This document shows positions 17,249-25,987 of a DNA stretch of 41,598 nt, one piece after another. Origin of the DNA: a virus (lineage: Duplodnaviria; Caudoviricetes). The position numbers and the translations under genes are program-made. Location: IMG/VR virus record IMGVR_UViG_3300029317_000004, positions 1 to 41,598 of that record; one strand, 5' to 3'. Below the pieces are notes generated by a model. The model made no database searches and had not been told where the DNA came from. It saw nothing but the letters and a program-made list of their open reading frames with translations. Numbering within the stretch: position 1 is the stretch's first letter; each line of letters starts with the position of its first letter.

Positions 17249-17437
17249 CTACCGGCCTAGCATATAACGCGCTAAGGCGTAACTAAGCGGGGTCAGTAGG
17301 GCATAGAATACCAGCCCAACAATCAGCGTATTAACAATGCCGATGATGAACACTAACACAAGTAATATCAGACAAGCACAGCCTCTTAGCGCCTGTCTTG
17401 CACCTTCCTGAGCCAAGGGCATATTGGTCTTTTCCAT
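17249..17437 (-). CDS. Small two-TM membrane protein (moron-like)
   Basis: AGGAG RBS; long hydrophobic stretch; lies between two terminators. Confidence 0.65.
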   Translation of the reverse strand: MEKTNMPLAQEGARQALRGCACLILLVLVFIIGIVNTLIVGLVFYALLTPLSYALARYMLGR

Positions 17438-17469
17438 TGTAAACTCCTATTTAATTAGTAGACTATAGC

Positions 17470-17508
17470 AAAAAAAACTAGAAGCATCCGTTAAGACACT
17501 TCTAGTTT
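17470..17508 (-). terminator. Rho-independent terminator ending the late operon
   Basis: Stem AAACTAGAAG/CTTCTAGTTT with a T tract on the minus strand, just after the 713-aa gene. Confidence 0.7.
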
Positions 17509-17515
17509 GTAACGA

Positions 17516-19657
17516 TTACTCACGTTCTACGAGTAACTTATCTTCGCCTAACTCACGCGCTAAAGCACGCACTAAGGTGGCTATCCCTCTATCGTAATCT
17601 AAAAGGTCAGTCCCTTTGTAGCGCTCACGTAGTTTAGCATCCAGCTCTTTCTCAAGTGCCTTGCTGTGATTAGGTGTCATCTTACCGTCAGCTAGATGCT
17701 CACCTGCGGTTGCCAGCTTCGCCTTCTTTATTCCTTGTGTAATATCGCGCAGAAAACCTAAAGAGGCGAAACCTACACCGGCAGCCCTACCTGTAGGTAA
17801 AGCAAGACGTGCCATCACACCTACTGCCGCTCTCGCTGTGCCTGAAGGGTTATCATCCGAGGCTATCTTGGCTCTTTTACCGCGTTGACTCCAAGCACCG
17901 ATAGCGTCATCAATCTGCTTTACATAGGCCTTACCGTATAACACCTCTTTAGACTGTGGCGATAGACCCGCCCATACCCGCTTAAAGGCCTGCTCGTTAA
18001 ACTGAGGGACACCGCCTTCAGCCACGTCTTTAACGTTCTTGGTAGCGGCTTGAAACGCTTTAAGTAAAGGCGCTTGCTGCATATTCGCCCACACCTTTTT
18101 ATCCGCCGCGTTGCCTAAGTTCAGCTTACCACGCAGTCTTTTAAGGTCGTTGATATTGCGAGGACGTGTGAAGTGTTCCACCGCCTGTGAAGGTAGCATT
18201 CTAAAGTCATCCGCACCGGCACGCTTGGTTGTCATCTTCTCTACTGCGTCCCCTTGTTCCCACTTAACCTTAAAGTCTGCACGTGCCTTACGCGCCTCAC
18301 GTCCTAGCTTCACCAGCTCGTTACTCGCTCCTTGATGCACCATCGCACCATCTACCCATGTTTCTAACAGCTTCTTTGTCTGCCCTAGAACACGGTTCTC
18401 GCCCTTAGAGGCTAACGGTTTATAGAGGTCGTTAATCTCCTGCACTAAGTCCTCGTAGTTACCCGCAGTTACCGGCTTCTCAGCAGCGGCAGTAGGGGAT
18501 AGGTTACCACCCATCGGTTGACCCTGTGCGTCTAAAAGAAACACATCATCACCCTTCTTCTGGATGACACCATACTTCTTAAGCACCTTGTTTAGTTTAC
18601 CCACCGTACCATCGGCTGAAATCTTATGGTCATTCAGTAGCTGGGGCAGAGCTTCCTCTAAGCCGTCCGTATTAAGCGTCTTCCCACCTGTAGAGGCATC
18701 GAGCTTCTTATACAGGTCTTTATAGGTGTCTGCATCCTGTGTACGGAGGTTGCCCAGTAGTTCGCTTAAGTCCTCACCAACTGCGGTGTTATCGGAATAA
18801 GTACCACCTGTCTGCTGCACAAAACCTTCAGCCTTCGCCTTTATATCCAGCTCTTGTTGAGCCATAAACTGACGTAGTGTGTCCTCGTCGTTTAGCTTCA
18901 TAATGTCGGACTTCTCACGTAAGGCGGTGTTGTTGCCTGTCGCGTCTGCCATGTCTAGCTCAAAGCCGCCTTTAGCGCGTGTGTCAGCTATTAGGTCTTC
19001 AGCCTCATCAAGAGGTCTTCTAGCCGTTTCCGCAACACCCTGAACGTCCCTAGACCTACGAAACTTATTAACCTTAGCGCCTACCAGATCAATAGCGCCT
19101 TGACCTGCAACACCTAAGCCAGCGCCCCAAGCAGCCGCTTTACCTCGCTCGCCTAAATCACCGCGTGTAGTCGCGCCCTCAACAAGCGCCCCTTCAAGCG
19201 CCATTGCTTTATAGCCTCTAGCGCCTAACTTAGCCGCGCCACCTATCACGCCTGCGCCAGCGACACCTGTAGCTAACACCTCCCCACCAAACTCACCGAT
19301 AGAGGCGGCAGTAGACTGTTCTGCCAAGGCTTCCCAGCTCTTACGTTCGCCTTCTATCGTGTTATTCAGTGTCGCTAAGGCATCATCGTCACCTGTAGCG
19401 CGGTAGTACCCATCTTGTACACCTCTAACGATATTCGCAGCGCCACGCCCTAAACCGACTAAGGCGCGTTCGCCTACACCCATATCATCTATGGTACTCT
19501 GAATACCTACGGCGGCGTGATCTACCGGCGCTTGTGGTGCTGCCGCCTGCTCCGCCTCAACCTCGTCAATCATAGCAATAAGGGCGTTTACATCGTCCCG
19601 ATTACCCGCAGCATCCGAACGCTCTAATTCAGCGTAAAGCTCGTCTAATTCATTCAT
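17516..19657 (-). CDS. Putative ejection/internal virion protein
   Basis: Large Ala/Gly-rich helical protein with hydrophobic segments at the end of a podovirus late operon; positional inference. Confidence 0.6.
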   Translation of the reverse strand: MNELDELYAELERSDAAGNRDDVNALIAMIDEVEAEQAAAPQAPVDHAAVGIQSTIDDMGVGERALVGLGRGAANIVRGVQDGYYRATGDDDALATLNNTIEGERKSWEALAEQSTAASIGEFGGEVLATGVAGAGVIGGAAKLGARGYKAMALEGALVEGATTRGDLGERGKAAAWGAGLGVAGQGAIDLVGAKVNKFRRSRDVQGVAETARRPLDEAEDLIADTRAKGGFELDMADATGNNTALREKSDIMKLNDEDTLRQFMAQQELDIKAKAEGFVQQTGGTYSDNTAVGEDLSELLGNLRTQDADTYKDLYKKLDASTGGKTLNTDGLEEALPQLLNDHKISADGTVGKLNKVLKKYGVIQKKGDDVFLLDAQGQPMGGNLSPTAAAEKPVTAGNYEDLVQEINDLYKPLASKGENRVLGQTKKLLETWVDGAMVHQGASNELVKLGREARKARADFKVKWEQGDAVEKMTTKRAGADDFRMLPSQAVEHFTRPRNINDLKRLRGKLNLGNAADKKVWANMQQAPLLKAFQAATKNVKDVAEGGVPQFNEQAFKRVWAGLSPQSKEVLYGKAYVKQIDDAIGAWSQRGKRAKIASDDNPSGTARAAVGVMARLALPTGRAAGVGFASLGFLRDITQGIKKAKLATAGEHLADGKMTPNHSKALEKELDAKLRERYKGTDLLDYDRGIATLVRALARELGEDKLLVERE

Positions 19658-19659
19658 CG

Positions 19660-20940
19660 TTACCTTCCAGCATTACGCGCTCTTATTTCAGCTAACCGCT
19701 GTGAACGGGATGTACGGCCTACACGGTTGTTCACCGGCTCTACAGCCGGAGGTGCTTCAGGTTCTTGTAGGTAGGTGGATAAGTCGTTCTTCGGGTCGTT
19801 AATGTAAGAGTAGATCGCACCTTCAATATCACGTGCCGGAGCATCCGCCTTACGCATCTTAAGCACCGTGTCACCTAGAGCGACATTACGCTTACTCTGT
19901 GCCAATTTGTAGCGAATAATCTGCCTGTTACCTTCCACCGTCTTCCCAAAGCCTGCACTGAAGGTCTGAAATAGCTCCATCTCCTTCTCAGACACAGCAC
20001 CCTTCGTTTCGGAGATACGCGACATAACTTCATCACCGAGTAACACCATCAACTGTTCAGCGTTGGCTAAACCGCGTGTGTCTACGTCAATGCCTAAACC
20101 TTCAGCCGCCTTCTTAACACCTGTTAGTGTTTCGGCGAACGTACCTGTGTCTACGTTATCCAACAACTTCAGCATAGTTTCATAGCGGCGAGTGTTAGCG
20201 CGTGCGCCTAAACCGGCCTCAAGCACTACATCATTACGTTTAGCTGCGCCTTGCGCTCTACTGATACCTGTATCACGTGTAATAGCTTCCTCAGTCGTGT
20301 CACCGGCAGCGCCTTTATCGAAGATAGCTCCGTAGGTTTCAGGGTCGTTCTTATATAGAGCCACCTTTTCTTCCAGTGCTGACATTTTAGCGGCTTCATC
20401 TTTACCGAAAATCCGCTCAAACTCTTCAGGACTGTTACGTAGTAAGCTAAGCTTCTCTTCGAGTGCTGACATTTTAGTGGCTTCTTCTTTACCGAACATC
20501 CGTGCGTACTCTTCGGGATTCTCACGGAGTAGGGTGAGCTTTTCTTGCAAGGCTGAAGGTTTATCGCTCTCCTTACCAAAGATAGCTCCGTAGGTTTCAC
20601 GGTCATTCTTAAATAGAGATACCTTCTCCTGCAAAGCAGAGGGCTTCGAGGACTCAGGCCGACCATACAGGCGTGCGTAGGCGTTTGGGTCGGACTTCAG
20701 TAGGTCTAACTTCTCCTGCTGCTGTGACGGTTTACTATTCGCCTTCCCTTCCTGATAAGCCCTAGCCTCTGCTAGATCAGCCTTCTTATCCGTACGGCCT
20801 CGTTGGTATTGAGCTTCCGCAGCCACTCTCGACTCTGCTAACCGTTTAGTCCTCATGGACTCCGCGTGTATCTGTCCGAAGTAATTACCTCCGGCACTGG
20901 CTGCAATCGCTAACGCTCGTAGCGTGCTTGAACTTGCCAT
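19660..20940 (-). CDS. Putative ejection protein with internal repeats
   Basis: Five ~28-29-aa repeats; KGAVSEKEM motif typical of phage injection proteins. Confidence 0.6.
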   Translation of the reverse strand: MASSSTLRALAIAASAGGNYFGQIHAESMRTKRLAESRVAAEAQYQRGRTDKKADLAEARAYQEGKANSKPSQQQEKLDLLKSDPNAYARLYGRPESSKPSALQEKVSLFKNDRETYGAIFGKESDKPSALQEKLTLLRENPEEYARMFGKEEATKMSALEEKLSLLRNSPEEFERIFGKDEAAKMSALEEKVALYKNDPETYGAIFDKGAAGDTTEEAITRDTGISRAQGAAKRNDVVLEAGLGARANTRRYETMLKLLDNVDTGTFAETLTGVKKAAEGLGIDVDTRGLANAEQLMVLLGDEVMSRISETKGAVSEKEMELFQTFSAGFGKTVEGNRQIIRYKLAQSKRNVALGDTVLKMRKADAPARDIEGAIYSYINDPKNDLSTYLQEPEAPPAVEPVNNRVGRTSRSQRLAEIRARNAGR

Positions 20941-20951
20941 GTATTAACTCC

Positions 20952-21545
20952 TTATAATTGATCGGGCGCAGCACCGGCTAGGTAATCCTTCATGTCAGGG
21001 TCAATGTCCTGCGGGTTCTCCTGCATCCATTCTTGTAAGCCGATAGAGAAGGCTTCCGCCATCTGGTCTTCATTGAAGTTCGCTGACGGGTCTACGTCCT
21101 CATAAGCCTGAACAACCTGCTCGACTGCCGTTTCCCCAATCCCGAATAGAATCTCCGAGTCCACCGCAGGGTTCGACTGTTTAACTATCTTGATAATGTC
21201 GTGGGCAACTTGCCCGACACCCTCTACAGGGTCGTTAGCTGCTTGTATCACCTTGAACATTTGGTTAGCCCGTTCACCATTCACCAGTTCAGATACCTGA
21301 AGTTCTAACTGAGTGAATTGCTGTTGCTCTTCGGCGGTAGGCTCTTCGTCCTGAAGGTTTGCATCATCAGGTGTCTGCGCCATCATGTTGCTGTACTGAG
21401 AACGCTTATCTTTGACCCCTTGAACAGCGTCTGGTTTACCTGCTTCGGCTTGTTGTGCGGCTTGAGCTTCGGCTTGTTGAGAGGCCTGAGCGCCGTTACG
21501 TTCGTTAATTTGTTGTAGTAAAGACATTAGGCCACCTGCTGCCAT
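20952..21545 (-). CDS. Hypothetical virion-associated protein
   Basis: 197-aa acidic Gln-rich ORF in the late operon. Confidence 0.65.
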   Translation of the reverse strand: MAAGGLMSLLQQINERNGAQASQQAEAQAAQQAEAGKPDAVQGVKDKRSQYSNMMAQTPDDANLQDEEPTAEEQQQFTQLELQVSELVNGERANQMFKVIQAANDPVEGVGQVAHDIIKIVKQSNPAVDSEILFGIGETAVEQVVQAYEDVDPSANFNEDQMAEAFSIGLQEWMQENPQDIDPDMKDYLAGAAPDQL

Positions 21546-22207
21546 TTGTTATTGGAGGTGTTAAAGTATTGCTGTGGTTTACTCTCTATATTAGTAGCGG
21601 CCTCCTTCGAGGCAATACGTTGGATAGGAGAGGGCGCTTGTGAGTAGACCGCTGCGCCGCCTGCGTCTTCACCGACTGTACGGTTGTAACCTGCGCGTTC
21701 CATAATGCCGTAGGTGTCTTCACGTACATTTAGCTGTGTATTGTTATTAGCTAAGAGTTCCGCTTCCTTTTCTTTTTCAGTCTCTTTAGCTTCTTTAGCC
21801 TCCGCACTGCCTGCTAGCATCTGAGAGCCTGCGGTGAAAGCCGATGAAGCCAGCGCACCGTTACTAGCTATCGCTGAACCGGCGGTACTCGCTAAACCAC
21901 TCAGCGTTCCCATTATTCCTGTAGAGGCCGTGCCTAAAGTTGACACTGTTCCTGCTACTGTTCCTGCTACTGTTCCTGCGGTTCCTGCTACTGTCCCTGC
22001 GGCTCCTGCTACTGTACTTCCTACACCGGCTGCTAACGACCCCGCCCCACCCATAGCGGCGAGTGCAGCGCCTCCCGTAAAGAACACAGCGGCGGCAATC
22101 AGTACGATTTTGAATAACTTCGACTTAACAATCTTCTTGACCACCTTCACTACTTTCTTCCAGACCTTCTTGACGGCCTTGAATACCTTCTTAATTGCTC
22201 CACTCAT
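21527..22207 (-). CDS. Putative small ejection (pilot) protein
   Basis: Basic amphipathic N-terminus, TM-like segment and Gly/Ala/Thr repeats; follows the GNAT-like gene as P22 gp7 follows gp14. Confidence 0.55.
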   Translation of the reverse strand: MSGAIKKVFKAVKKVWKKVVKVVKKIVKSKLFKIVLIAAAVFFTGGAALAAMGGAGSLAAGVGSTVAGAAGTVAGTAGTVAGTVAGTVSTLGTASTGIMGTLSGLASTAGSAIASNGALASSAFTAGSQMLAGSAEAKEAKETEKEKEAELLANNNTQLNVREDTYGIMERAGYNRTVGEDAGGAAVYSQAPSPIQRIASKEAATNIESKPQQYFNTSNNKWQQVA

Positions 22208-22677
22208 TCCTTACCTCTAATTTTTAAATAGGTCACACCTACACGCTTATAGCCTAAGCCTTTGTAGCTCTTATCCATCACCTGCGTAGTCGCGTTAAGC
22301 CTGGATAAACTTAACGAGGAGGCCAGTAGGTTAGGTATTCTTGAACACCACCTGTCGTAAGCCTCCGCCATTACCTGATAACAGTCCGTGCCTCTTAAAC
22401 TAGGCGACACGTAAAGCGCCAAGTCTTCAGCAACTAAACCTTCAGCGTAAGCGTGTGAGTCTACGTGTCCGATGACTGTCCCTTTAACACGTCCGTTAAC
22501 GATAGCCACGAGGGTGAGCTGATGGCTGTCCCCAATTAATGCGCTCAGTAGATTCTTCACCTTATACTTACAGAAGGGGAAGTCTTTCTCGTGGCCTTCT
22601 TTCAGCCCTTTCAGACATAGACGTGTCATCTCGTCTAAGTGAGAGGGACGCGCTATTGTTAATGTATATGCCTCCAT
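22204..22677 (-). CDS. GNAT-fold protein
   Basis: LALYVSPSLRGT and YKGLGYK motifs. Confidence 0.75.
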   Translation of the reverse strand: MEAYTLTIARPSHLDEMTRLCLKGLKEGHEKDFPFCKYKVKNLLSALIGDSHQLTLVAIVNGRVKGTVIGHVDSHAYAEGLVAEDLALYVSPSLRGTDCYQVMAEAYDRWCSRIPNLLASSLSLSRLNATTQVMDKSYKGLGYKRVGVTYLKIRGKE

Positions 22678-22680
22678 AGC

Positions 22681-23493
22681 TTAGAAAGTGTAATCAGGGA
22701 TAGGTGCAGGCTCAGGTATCGCTGTCTGTATCAGTTCGCCGCTATTAACGAAGGTAAGCCGAGCCTCGAAGCTGCCCTTGATACGTTCATAAAGTGTCTT
22801 CTGTGAAGCGGTTGAAGCGTTCGCGTCAATACCTGCAATCGCCTTTTGATACTCAGTCCACGTAGAGTTCACCGTGTCATTCGCCGCCTTATCCACGATG
22901 ACCTTTTGCTGCAAAGCATTCATCTCCCTACGCACGTCAGCATCTATCGTGGCTGTCTGAATCTTATTAGTGGCGGTAGAGTCAGCCTGATACTTGGTAC
23001 GCCAGTTATTAGCCGCTGCGTTGGTGGCTGCTACACGCTCGTTAGAAGCCGTCTGCGCCTGTACCGTGGCTAACTGACCTGCATTCTGCAAGCGCTGACC
23101 TGCTAAGGCGTTCTCGTTACGTTCGCGGGTTTGTGTCAGCGAGGCCTCATTGCCTAGTGTAGTGTTCGTTAAGGCCGTGTTAGCCCGTTGGTTCTCGGTG
23201 CGCCTCGCTGAGTATATTTCAGCGTCCTTCATAGCGAATTTACCGGCTTGGTCAACCACCGCACCTGTAGCGGCTCTTTGTGCGATAGTTGTGTTACCTA
23301 AGCCACGACCCGCCGCGCCGTCTTTGGCCTGTTGAGCCACACGCTGCATTACTGGCGCTTTAAAGTCTGTGTGCTTCTGTAGCTGCCCGTACACCGTATC
23401 GGTGGACTCGTTAACCGCCGAGTTTACGGCTGTTGAATCATAAGTTGTACCACTATTTGCCATGTTTGAAAAACCTCTCGTAAACTCGGACAC
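22681..23493 (-). CDS. Hypothetical virion protein
   Basis: Ala/Asn/Gln/Thr-rich, RGLGNTTIA motif; start may be ATG 23463. Confidence 0.65.
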   Translation of the reverse strand: MSEFTRGFSNMANSGTTYDSTAVNSAVNESTDTVYGQLQKHTDFKAPVMQRVAQQAKDGAAGRGLGNTTIAQRAATGAVVDQAGKFAMKDAEIYSARRTENQRANTALTNTTLGNEASLTQTRERNENALAGQRLQNAGQLATVQAQTASNERVAATNAAANNWRTKYQADSTATNKIQTATIDADVRREMNALQQKVIVDKAANDTVNSTWTEYQKAIAGIDANASTASQKTLYERIKGSFEARLTFVNSGELIQTAIPEPAPIPDYTF

Positions 23494-23641
23494 CTAAAAA
23501 GAACAGGTTTCCTATTAAAAGTAATGACGTGCCTAACACTATCCAATCCTGAATAGGTAGCCCTAAAAGTAGCCAGCCGGACACGCCTACGGGTATGGCA
23601 GGTATAGCCATGCTCACTCCTTCTTGTGTGTTAATAGCCAT
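23453..23641 (-). CDS. Putative holin
   Basis: Two hydrophobic segments around PIQDW, basic C-terminus; second in-frame ATG at 23611 with GGAG RBS. Confidence 0.6.
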   Translation of the reverse strand: MAINTQEGVSMAIPAIPVGVSGWLLLGLPIQDWIVLGTSLLLIGNLFFLGVRVYERFFKHGK

Positions 23642-24282
23642 TAGCTAGGCCAGCCTGTCGTAATGTCGTAATCAATAATCGCCTGATGCGTTGTCAGTAA
23701 ATCAACGGCCTCATGGTGCGCTTTCTCATTACTAAAAGCGGCTTGCACATGATTACCGACCGCATCAGCAATAGCGTCTAACTGCGCTTTATCAATAGTT
23801 ACCCAGCCGCCAACACTTTTCCAATCGAGTGTTTTAGTGGGGTTATTGCCGAGGTGATTAAACGCACTTGATACCATCGCTTGCGACAATTTATCTGTAC
23901 CAACTACAATGCCATTACCTAAAGTGACACCGCTTGTTTCAACCTCATAACGTTTAGCCGTCACCCGCTCTTTCGCTGCCGATTTAACCGCATTTAGAGT
24001 AGCCTCGATCTCTTGAGCGGTTAACGCGACCACCTCATTAGTGACATTAACTACACGCTTGGACGCATCAACAGTTAGAATTTCAGCGCCTAATCGCTGG
24101 GTGTATTCGTCAAAAACTGTTGCTTGAGGAGATTCGCGCCAGTATTCAATATCCGTTAGATTTTGAGGGACTGGATTTAGCGCGGTCTGTAGATTATTAA
24201 GTGTATGAGCCGATAGCCCTTTAAGATTAGCAGGGATAGACTCACGGCTTAGCTCTTGTGTTCGTATATTTATTTTAATCAT
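23641..24282 (-). CDS. Tail fibre-associated protein (DUF4376-like)
   Basis: RYEVETSGV...TDKLSQ...WKSVGGWV...HVQAAF...GW C-terminal pattern. Confidence 0.75.
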   Translation of the reverse strand: MIKINIRTQELSRESIPANLKGLSAHTLNNLQTALNPVPQNLTDIEYWRESPQATVFDEYTQRLGAEILTVDASKRVVNVTNEVVALTAQEIEATLNAVKSAAKERVTAKRYEVETSGVTLGNGIVVGTDKLSQAMVSSAFNHLGNNPTKTLDWKSVGGWVTIDKAQLDAIADAVGNHVQAAFSNEKAHHEAVDLLTTHQAIIDYDITTGWPS

Positions 24283-25004
24283 TTATCCTTTCCTAGATGC
24301 ATAACGTATAACGTTTTTGGATCGGCTCCCCAGTTCCATACTCTGAGCGTATCTTTGTCTTCAAGTCTAACAGCTGCACCAAGGCCGCCATTACTAGTAG
24401 GAAATTGAACCTGCCGCAAGGTCGTTGAATAGCTGCCTACCCTTCTCCTACCTTGGGAAGAATCAGCCGCATTTCCAGTAGTCGTCGACTGAAGAAAGAA
24501 CAGCGTATTGAGGGGGTCAGGAATTGGGACAGCTAGAGCCTGCGTTACTCCATCCGATGTTGCCGTAGGTAAAGCGACAGAGTCTATAGAGTCGTAATCA
24601 AAATCGTACTCTACGACCTCGATGTACGTGGAGTAATCGTTATTGTTGTACACTATGTCTATCGTTGTGCTATTAATTAGCTTAAGGGCAAGGCGCCTTG
24701 CTGTCGACTGGTATAACTGCTGGACTAACAACTGCTCATACTCTATAGGACACATACTGTCACAGTTGTGTGCGCTGTAGTTCGTATAACTCTGAATCCT
24801 TATCAAGCATTTAGCGGGATCGTTTATGGTAAAACCGAACGTATGATTGCCAGTATTACCTGCCGATATTGAAGCCGTTTCCCCTCTGTTAACTATATGC
24901 AAAGGAGAGAATGGCTCATTGCGAGAAACGCGGCTAGATTTCCTTGCTGGCAACCCGCCCAACCCGCCACCAACAGTAGGCTTTAACTTAGGTAAATAGG
25001 CCAT
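24279..25004 (-). CDS. Hypothetical protein, tail fibre module
   Basis: 241-aa beta-rich ORF between fibre-related genes. Confidence 0.6.
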   Translation of the reverse strand: MAYLPKLKPTVGGGLGGLPARKSSRVSRNEPFSPLHIVNRGETASISAGNTGNHTFGFTINDPAKCLIRIQSYTNYSAHNCDSMCPIEYEQLLVQQLYQSTARRLALKLINSTTIDIVYNNNDYSTYIEVVEYDFDYDSIDSVALPTATSDGVTQALAVPIPDPLNTLFFLQSTTTGNAADSSQGRRRVGSYSTTLRQVQFPTSNGGLGAAVRLEDKDTLRVWNWGADPKTLYVMHLGKDK

Positions 25005-25006
25005 CC

Positions 25007-25420
25007 TTAAAAGTCAGTCCATTCAGCGTTAAACACAATACCACCTGCTAAAGCCACGGCGCTGGACACATAAAGTTCATCACCTGCCTCTAAGCGGATA
25101 GGTGTAGTTTCAGTAATATCATCGAAGATGGTCGGTTCATTATCAGTCGTCGCCGCCCATGTGTGCGCCCCCATTAACGCGCTATCAACCATGCGTTTAG
25201 TTGTACCAGCGTCTTGTGAGATAAACAGATACAAACCACTAGCCGTAACTGTTGCTCTTGGAATAGCGGATAACTTAGTTAAAATCGCGCCTTCTGCTCC
25301 TGCCGTGCCTATTAGAACTGTGTTGGTCGGAGTATCAGAGGTCACTGCTCCTGCTAATGTAGCTACTGCTGAGCCAGTTTGTGGGGTTTGTGCGAATGCT
25401 GCGGTAAATGTTTTAGCCAT
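25007..25420 (-). CDS. Hypothetical virion protein, tail fibre module
   Basis: 137-aa Thr/Ala-rich beta protein, LEAGDEL motif. Confidence 0.65.
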   Translation of the reverse strand: MAKTFTAAFAQTPQTGSAVATLAGAVTSDTPTNTVLIGTAGAEGAILTKLSAIPRATVTASGLYLFISQDAGTTKRMVDSALMGAHTWAATTDNEPTIFDDITETTPIRLEAGDELYVSSAVALAGGIVFNAEWTDF

Positions 25421-25438
25421 GATTTAGTCCCTTAAATA

Positions 25439-25987
25439 TTAAAATGAAAGCGCGGTAGCCTGAGCCTGCGCTAGTGTTAACGCATCGCTTGCAATCTCAG
25501 CCTGACCCACGTTAGTTATTTTGTTGGTTTGAGCGTCAAGATTGCCTCCTAGCTGCGGCGAAACATCCCCAACAACACCTAGTTGTATAGCAGTCGTATT
25601 AGCGTCTATACCCACAGTATTAGCGTCTATACCTACCTGCAACGCATCCAGTTCTGGACTAACATCCCCAAGTACGATAGCGGTAGCTCTATCGGCTTCG
25701 GTTTCCGCTCTATCGGCTTCTGCCGTACATTTAGCTAACTCAGGTGCAGCTAGATCAGTGAACTGCGTAGTGAAATACTGCTTGGTAACGGCGTGTTCTC
25801 CGTCAATCGGTTCACCTACATGGAAGGGTGTAGAAACACCTAAATGACCGGCAGGAGCGCCTGCGTCTAACGCTGCACCTAGCCCGTCTAAACTCGCTTT
25901 TAGCGAATCCTGTAGGCCGTTAAAATCATCAGATTTAATCGTTTTACGGGGTCTTACATATTTGAAAACATCGAATATATTAGCCAT
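25439..25987 (-). CDS. Short tail fibre/adaptor-like protein
   Basis: HAVTKQY, AEADRA coiled repeats and DVSPQLGGNLD...ITNV fibre motifs. Confidence 0.65.
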   Translation of the reverse strand: MANIFDVFKYVRPRKTIKSDDFNGLQDSLKASLDGLGAALDAGAPAGHLGVSTPFHVGEPIDGEHAVTKQYFTTQFTDLAAPELAKCTAEADRAETEADRATAIVLGDVSPELDALQVGIDANTVGIDANTTAIQLGVVGDVSPQLGGNLDAQTNKITNVGQAEIASDALTLAQAQATALSF

